From an uncultured Bifidobacteriaceae bacterium (GTDB lineage: Bacteria; Bacteroidota; Bacteroidia; Chitinophagales; UBA10324), in NCBI GenBank assembly GCA_964424455.1, contig CAYRJA010000001.1, positions 2,887 through 66,886 of the forward strand: a DNA stretch of 64,000 bases, read 5' to 3'. Under the pieces are notes generated by a model. That model was not told the origin of the DNA and searched no databases. It was given only the letters and a program-made list of their open reading frames with translations. A program made the translations under genes and the position numbers. Below are positions 58,426 through 64,000 of the stretch, in pieces. The stretch's first letter is position 1. Each line of letters starts with the position of its first letter.

Positions 58426-59679
58426 TTACTTCAGTCCGAAAGCATTCTTCACCTTACCTACATAGTCAAGCTTTTCCCATGTAAAGAGTTCTGCTTTCAC
58501 TTTCTTTACTTTTCCTCCGGGCTGTGTGAAGGTTTTTGTTACAGTTTGTGGTTTGCGTCCCATGTGTCCGTAAGAAGCTGTTTCGGAATAAATAGGGTTA
58601 CGAAGTTTCAATCTCTGCTCAATAGCATAAGGGCGCATATCAAATACTTCTTCCACTGTTTTTGCAATCTCGCCATCGCTCATGTTTACTTTGGAAGTGT
58701 TGTAAGTATTTACAAAAATTCCCATTGGCTTTGCTACACCAATAGCATAAGAAACCTGTACCAATACTTCGTCACACACACCGGCAGCCACAAGATTTTT
58801 TGCAATGTGGCGGGTGGCATAAGCGGCAGAGCGATCTACTTTTGAGGGGTCTTTACCTGAAAAAGCGCCTCCGCCGTGTGCGCCTTTTCCGCCATAAGTA
58901 TCTACAATAATTTTTCTTCCTGTAACACCTGTGTCACCGTGCGGTCCGCCGATTACAAATTTTCCGGTGGGGTTGATATGATAATTGATTTTGTTATTGA
59001 ACAGATGTTTATGTTTTGGGTATTTTTTTATCACACGCGGAATCAGAATTTCAATCATATCTTTTCTGATTTTAGCGCTCATTTTTTCATCGGTATCAAA
59101 ATCATCGTGCTGAGTGCTGATAACAATGGCATCAATACGAACCGGCTTGTTGTTATCATCATACTCAAGTGTTACTTGTGATTTAGCATCCGGGCGCAGA
59201 TATTTTATCTGTTTGTCTTCACGGCGAAGCGCTGCTAACTCAATCAACAGCTTGTGTGCAAGATCAAGTGGAAGCGGCATATAATCATCCGTTTCATTTA
59301 CAGCATATCCGAACATCATTCCCTGATCGCCTGCACCCTGGTCTATCTTACTCTTCCGTTCCACACCACGGTTAATATCAGCAGACTGCTCATGAATTGC
59401 AGAAAGCACTCCACAGGAGTTGGCTTCAAACATGTACTCGCTCTTGGTATAACCAATGCGAACAATCACATCGCGTGCAATTTTTTGTACATCAAGATAA
59501 GTTTTGGATTTTACTTCTCCTGCCAAAACAACTTGTCCTGTAGTAACAAGCGTTTCGCAGGCAACTTTAGAATCTTTATCGAATGCAAGGAAGTTATCAA
59601 TCAGTGCATCAGAAATCTGGTCAGCAACTTTATCGGGATGTCCTTCAGAAACCGACTCAGAGGTAAATAAGTAAGCCAT
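58426..59679 (-). CDS. metK: S-adenosylmethionine synthetase
   Basis: 417 aa. Motifs [45 protein letters not shown]. Confidence 0.97.
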   Translation of the reverse strand: MAYLFTSESVSEGHPDKVADQISDALIDNFLAFDKDSKVACETLVTTGQVVLAGEVKSKTYLDVQKIARDVIVRIGYTKSEYMFEANSCGVLSAIHEQSADINRGVERKSKIDQGAGDQGMMFGYAVNETDDYMPLPLDLAHKLLIELAALRREDKQIKYLRPDAKSQVTLEYDDNNKPVRIDAIVISTQHDDFDTDEKMSAKIRKDMIEILIPRVIKKYPKHKHLFNNKINYHINPTGKFVIGGPHGDTGVTGRKIIVDTYGGKGAHGGGAFSGKDPSKVDRSAAYATRHIAKNLVAAGVCDEVLVQVSYAIGVAKPMGIFVNTYNTSKVNMSDGEIAKTVEEVFDMRPYAIEQRLKLRNPIYSETASYGHMGRKPQTVTKTFTQPGGKVKKVKAELFTWEKLDYVGKVKNAFGLK

Positions 59680-59715
59680 GAATTAAAATTTTTTTAGTGA
59701 GATTTTTTGGATGGG

Positions 59716-59723
59716 CAAATGTA
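59716..59723 (-). promoter_or_regulatory. Bacteroidota -7 promoter box (TACATTTG) for metK
   Basis: Exact TAnnTTTG match on the minus strand about 37 nt upstream of the metK ATG. This leaves too short a leader for a riboswitch. Confidence 0.45.
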
Positions 59724-59840
59724 ATAGATTCCAAATTGAAGATTTAAAAATTGTAGAAGTGGGTGAGTGCCTCACTTCATTACCGCAGTTATGACTTATA
59801 TCATTTCATTGCAGTAGGAATTGTTATTGTTTTGTAGGCA

Positions 59841-60209
59841 ATGAATACCATATTAGTCATAGAGGATAATCTGGAAGTAAGAGAAAATACGGCTGAGCTT
59901 TTGGAGTTGAACGGATATAAAGTACTCACTGCAATAAACGGAAAGTCAGGGTTTGAGCTTGCAAAAAAAAACCGCCCGGATGTAGTTATTTGCGACCTGA
60001 TGATGCCCGATACAGATGGACTGGGTTTTCTGCAATTGGTGAAGTCAGATAGTACAATGAAAAATCTTCCAATGATATTTTTCTCGGCTGGGTCAGCTCC
60101 ACCACTGTTAAAAAACATTATCTCATACGACCATACTTATTATTTACCTAAGCCCTTTACAAAGGAAGAATTATACGAAGCGGTGGAAAAGAGTATGAAT
60201 GTACACTGA
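59841..60209 (+). CDS. stand-alone response-regulator receiver domain (CheY-like)
   Basis: 122 aa. ILVIEDN, phospho-acceptor context VVICDLMMPDTDG, and a conserved Lys in YLPKPF. Confidence 0.88.
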   Translation: MNTILVIEDNLEVRENTAELLELNGYKVLTAINGKSGFELAKKNRPDVVICDLMMPDTDGLGFLQLVKSDSTMKNLPMIFFSAGSAPPLLKNIISYDHTYYLPKPFTKEELYEAVEKSMNVH

Positions 60210-60375
60210 CATTCGGAACTCCTTTACAATTTAATTCTCTAAATATTTTTATTGCGTTATCAGAATCAATGTTCTACTTTTATTTTAAGATAATTGAACA
60301 GCAGGTTATACTCAATAGCTTTTTCAGAACCTTGTACTGTTACAATTAATGTATTGATAACATTTTACTGTCCGG

Positions 60376-62958
60376 ATGAAAAAATTTATTCAGAGAATAA
60401 GCGGGAACGGATATTGGATCAGAGGCATCATTGCATTTTTTTTCATTCTGCTGGCAATTTATTTTATCCGTCATGAGCATAGTGAAATTAAGGAAGTAGG
60501 GAATATTCTTTCGCAAGCCAACCCGCTATATGTAGCAATTGGACTTGCTGTAACAGGTATTTATATTCTTCTGCAAGGCGGTATGTACTACTACTGTTTC
60601 GCAAGTATCAGACATACCATATCGTTTTCCGATTCCTTAAAATTATTTTTAAGGAGAAACCTGATAGGCACCTTTTTACCCGGAGGAAATGTCACTTCAC
60701 AGATGTTTTTTACCGGTTTTATAGAGAAGAAAAACATCTCTCGCACACAGATTCATCTGGCATCGGTGCTGTACCTGTTAAGCGGGTTCATTACTGTGTT
60801 TATTGTAGTGCTGCCTGCTATTTTGTATTTGTTGTACATGAAGGACTTGACAGGTATTGAAAAGACCGCAGCATTCTTCTTGTTCATTATCGCATTTCTA
60901 TTTGTGCTCCTTATTCTTTCTGTGCTGAGAAAGGGTTGGGTGAATAAAATAATCCATCGTTATCTTCCGGATTATGCGATGGTGATAGATGAACTGGTAT
61001 CCGGCAAATTCTCAAAGCAAAATTTTTTAAAAAATATTTTATGCTCATTAACAATTGAAGTTACAGGAATTCTTCAGTTGATTATTGCAATTGCCGCTGT
61101 TGGAATTATTCCTTCTGCCAAAACAGGAATCATCGGATATACAACAGTACTGATAGTATTAATGGCATCTCCGGTTATAAAAGGTGTTGGAACGGTTGAA
61201 GTAGCGTTAACTATTGTTCTTCATCAATTCGGAATGAGCACTCTAAGCGCAGTGAGTGTGGCGCTTATGTTCCGGTTTTTTGAATTCGTAGCGCCGTTGT
61301 TTGCAGGAGTGCTTAGTTTTTTTATCAGCCGCGAACATCTGGGCTACCGGATTTTTCCTCCTGTATTAATCTTTATACTGGGATTGATAAATGTTTTTTC
61401 TGTACTGACTCCACCTATTTATAAGCGGCTTCACACCATCGAAAATATTTTTCCTGTTGAAGCTATTACCGGTTCAAATTACACAGTGATTGCTGCCGGA
61501 GTCATCCTTCTGTTACTTTCAATATCTCTTTTTAAAGGGTTAAGAGTTGCATGGATAATGGCTGTTACACTTAGCAGTTTGTCTATCATCGGTCATCTGA
61601 CAAAAGCATTAGACTATGAAGAAGCGCTGTTCGCCTCTTTTACGCTTGTAGTGCTTATTATCACCCGGAAACAGTACCGGCTGAGAGGAGACAGGCGCTT
61701 CAGACAAACCGGAGTGATTGCTTCATTTGCTTTACTGCTTGCTGTTATTGCTTATGGAGTAACCGGATTTTATTTTTTAGATAAAAAACATTTTGGAATA
61801 GATTTTTCTCTGTTACAGAGTATTAGATATACATTCGACAGTTTCTTTTTATTTACACATGGAGATTTGATTCCGCAATCTGTATTTGCTCACCGTTTTT
61901 TAGACAGTATCAATTTTTTAGGTACATCCGCTGTGGCTTTTCTACTTTTTACTTTGATTAAACCTTTCATAAAAAAGGAAAGAGAAGAAGATGAACATAA
62001 ATTGGAAACAGCTAAAGGATTAGTTAAGAAGTATGGGAACTCCACGCTTGATTATTTCAAAACATACTATGAAAAAGAAATTTTCCTGACTGAAAATAAT
62101 AATGCTTTCATTGCTTACCGTGTTGCAGGAGATTATGCAGTAGCGCTTGAATTACCTGTTGCTGAAAATGACACAGCAGTTGAGGGGGCAATAAAAGAGT
62201 TTGAGCATTTTTGTAAGGATAAAGATTTGATTCCTGTTTATTACCGTGTACCGGAAGAAAAACTAAACTTATTCAAGTCGCTGAAAAAGAAATCGGTCGT
62301 AATTGGACAGGAGGCGATAATGGATATTTCTAACTTTACTTTGGAAGGTGGAGAGAAAAAAAGTTTGAGAAATGCAATTTCAAAAATTGAAAAGGCAGGA
62401 TATGTCTGCAAGATATATGAGCCGCCATTGAAAGACGGACTGATGCAAAAACTTAAACTAATCAGCGATGAATGGTTGAATAGAAGGGAAAAAGAGGAAA
62501 GTGTTTTTTCACAGGGGAAATTTATATGGGAAGAGATAAAGAGTCAAACTGTTTTGGTGGTTGAAAATGATGAAGAAAAAGCAGTGGCATTTCTTAATAT
62601 TATTCCTGATTACGCCGCAGGAGAAGGTACTTATGATATGCAGCGTATGCTGAATGATGCTCCTAATGGTGTAATGGATTTTCTTTTTGTAAAGATGTTT
62701 GCTTACTTCAAAACAAAATCAATAACAAAAGTAAATCTGGGGATGGTACCTATGAGCGGCAACGAACAACACCCGGATTCAGCCGAGATAATATTAAAAT
62801 TCTTGTATGAAAACCTTCCCCGCTTTGCTCATTACAAAGGACTGCGCGAATACAAAGAAAAATTTTCACCGGAATGGAAAAATACACTTTTAGTCTTTAA
62901 TCATAATTACGATTTAATTCAGATGCCAAGTGTGCTGAATAAAATTATGAAACCATAA
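60376..62958 (+). CDS. mprF: MprF-type bifunctional lysyl-phosphatidylglycerol flippase/synthase
   Basis: 860 aa. About 14 TM helices followed by a cytosolic DUF2156/LPG-synthase domain (KKSLRNAISK, GLREYKEKFSPEW). Confidence 0.85.
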   Translation: MKKFIQRISGNGYWIRGIIAFFFILLAIYFIRHEHSEIKEVGNILSQANPLYVAIGLAVTGIYILLQGGMYYYCFASIRHTISFSDSLKLFLRRNLIGTFLPGGNVTSQMFFTGFIEKKNISRTQIHLASVLYLLSGFITVFIVVLPAILYLLYMKDLTGIEKTAAFFLFIIAFLFVLLILSVLRKGWVNKIIHRYLPDYAMVIDELVSGKFSKQNFLKNILCSLTIEVTGILQLIIAIAAVGIIPSAKTGIIGYTTVLIVLMASPVIKGVGTVEVALTIVLHQFGMSTLSAVSVALMFRFFEFVAPLFAGVLSFFISREHLGYRIFPPVLIFILGLINVFSVLTPPIYKRLHTIENIFPVEAITGSNYTVIAAGVILLLLSISLFKGLRVAWIMAVTLSSLSIIGHLTKALDYEEALFASFTLVVLIITRKQYRLRGDRRFRQTGVIASFALLLAVIAYGVTGFYFLDKKHFGIDFSLLQSIRYTFDSFFLFTHGDLIPQSVFAHRFLDSINFLGTSAVAFLLFTLIKPFIKKEREEDEHKLETAKGLVKKYGNSTLDYFKTYYEKEIFLTENNNAFIAYRVAGDYAVALELPVAENDTAVEGAIKEFEHFCKDKDLIPVYYRVPEEKLNLFKSLKKKSVVIGQEAIMDISNFTLEGGEKKSLRNAISKIEKAGYVCKIYEPPLKDGLMQKLKLISDEWLNRREKEESVFSQGKFIWEEIKSQTVLVVENDEEKAVAFLNIIPDYAAGEGTYDMQRMLNDAPNGVMDFLFVKMFAYFKTKSITKVNLGMVPMSGNEQHPDSAEIILKFLYENLPRFAHYKGLREYKEKFSPEWKNTLLVFNHNYDLIQMPSVLNKIMKP

Positions 62959-63116
62959 CAGTTTGGGGTTTGGCGAAGTGGAGGTATTAGAAGCATAACA
63001 CTTTCACCTTACATAAAGGTTTGATAGGAGTACCCAAGTTCATTTCATTACTTCACCCGCCATTCCTCTATATCAGAGTTGGGTACAATAATATTCCATT
63101 TTAATTTTTGTGATTA

Positions 63117-64000
63117 TTAATCATCGTCTTTATCCTTCTTCTTATCTTCTTTTTTGTTCGGTTTAATATACTCCTTAATATTTCCGATATCCTTACTATT
63201 AATTTCTCTTTTGTTTTTATCATATTCTTTTATGTCGTGTTCATCACCACTTCGATGGCAGGAGGCGCAGTCTGAAAAGTTATAAATGTTATGTTTCTGA
63301 TGTTCTTTGGTGATTTTATTTTCAGAGTGTTCATGACAACCGTAGCATGTAAATACATTGTAATTATTATTTGTGTGGCAGGTTATGCACTTCGCATTGT
63401 GGTTTTCATCGAGAACAAAATAAGGAGAATGGTCGAAGGTGGATGGCGACCATTTATTAGTAGTATGGCATTTGTCGCAATTGTTTTGTAATGATTGATG
63501 AAAAGAATCGTCCGGCTTCTGATGGCATGAAGAGCAGTTGTTTTTGTTTACGCCTGTTATCAGGTCGTGGTTGAATGAACCTGTAAATTTCCAACTGTTC
63601 GTGTTGTGGCAACTATTGCACGAAACGGAAAGTTGATTGTGCAATTTATCTATCGGCTTGCCATGGCAACTGTTACAGTTTGTTTTCATTTCGGTAGTCA
63701 GCAGGTCGTGGTCGAAACTACTTATTGAAATCTGTGGGTGTAATCCTTTATGGTCGGTGTGACAACTTGTGCATTCCTGATTTTTCAGTTTGCTGTGAAA
63801 TAAGAGCATTCTCTTTTCTTTTGAGAGATTGTTTTTAGAAGAATCATTCATCCCAATTTCGTCCAGCTTATGACAACTGATGCATCTGCTTGTCTCAATT
63901 CCCCAAAATGGTTTATGACAGGCAGTGCAATCGTTTTTAATTTTCTGATGCCCTTCAATAAGTTCACCGGGATTCAGCATCAGATGAGGAAATAGCGCTG
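63117..64000 (-). CDS. multihaem (at least 10 CxxCH) c-type cytochrome; N terminus probably outside the window
   Basis: Ten CxxCH motifs (CTACH, CISCH, CTSCH, CNSCH x2, CSSCH, CDKCH, CITCH, CYGCH, CASCH). The reading frame stays open upstream of the ATG at 63980 to the window edge. Acidic/lysine-rich C-terminal tail. Confidence 0.8.
   Translation of the reverse strand, partial: ALFPHLMLNPGELIEGHQKIKNDCTACHKPFWGIETSRCISCHKLDEIGMNDSSKNNLSKEKRMLLFHSKLKNQECTSCHTDHKGLHPQISISSFDHDLLTTEMKTNCNSCHGKPIDKLHNQLSVSCNSCHNTNSWKFTGSFNHDLITGVNKNNCSSCHQKPDDSFHQSLQNNCDKCHTTNKWSPSTFDHSPYFVLDENHNAKCITCHTNNNYNVFTCYGCHEHSENKITKEHQKHNIYNFSDCASCHRSGDEHDIKEYDKNKREINSKDIGNIKEYIKPNKKEDKKKDKDDD

Noticed and set aside
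59680-59840. SAM riboswitch upstream of metK
   Set aside because: A TAnnTTTG box at 59716-59723 leaves a leader of only about 30 nt. I could not find SAM-I, SAM-II or SAM-IV conserved cores. The small hairpin at 59758-59785 lies upstream of the putative promoter.
1-64000. TGTTACAG word as a restriction-modification target, or as a Chi/KOPS-type polar signal
   Set aside because: RM target sites are normally depleted, not enriched about 30-fold. Polar architecture signals should show strong strand bias within a 64-kb window, but orientation here is about 55:51. Both ideas are kept only as alternatives to test, for example by checking methylation status.
1-64000. CRISPR arrays, rRNA genes, IS elements, prophage or known defence-system genes
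   Set aside because: No regularly spaced direct repeats were seen. No transposase, integrase, reverse-transcriptase, Cas or phage structural ORFs appear in the six-frame track.

Overview
This is a 64-kb chromosomal segment of a low-GC Bacteroidota-type genome. The taxonomic call rests on T9SS C-terminal sorting domains, TAnnTTTG -7 promoter boxes, the DUF4271-hemD pairing, a DUF5686 protein and HmuY/TonB-receptor loci. I support about 57 CDS and 3 tRNAs (Glu-UUC, Asn-GUU, Gln-UUG). I saw no rRNA, CRISPR array, integrase or transposase.

Most of the content is housekeeping:
- dcd, hisG-hisD-hisC, pyk, ruvB, a purine nucleoside phosphorylase, lpxK, Nif3 plus its zinc-ribbon partner, hemD, purL, metK and mprF.
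- A HmuY-like / TonB-dependent receptor / HmuY-like uptake locus.
- Two T9SS-secreted proteins.
- A complete Sec-type (clade II) nitrous-oxide reductase cluster: cytochrome c, nosZ, nosB-like/nosL, nosD, nosF, nosY and an extra polytopic membrane protein, preceded by an FNR-like regulator and a fasciclin lipoprotein.
- A trehalose module (OtsA-OtsB fusion, GH15, tandem USP).
- A block of small VOC / RibD_C / SRPBCC genes.
- A partial deca-heme cytochrome c at the right edge.

The strongest non-genic signals are:
1. The short word TGTTACAG (consensus S-TGTTACAG, reverse complement CTGTAACA-S) is strongly over-represented. It occurs about once per kb, on both strands, in all reading frames and in intergenic DNA. 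This resembles a DNA-uptake-sequence or a HIP1-type iterated element.
2. A GIY-YIG nuclease cassette is bounded by perfect 42-bp direct repeats and embedded in a small array of tRNA-Asn-derived, hairpin-containing repeat units immediately 3' of tRNA-Asn.

All motif counts are manual and approximate.
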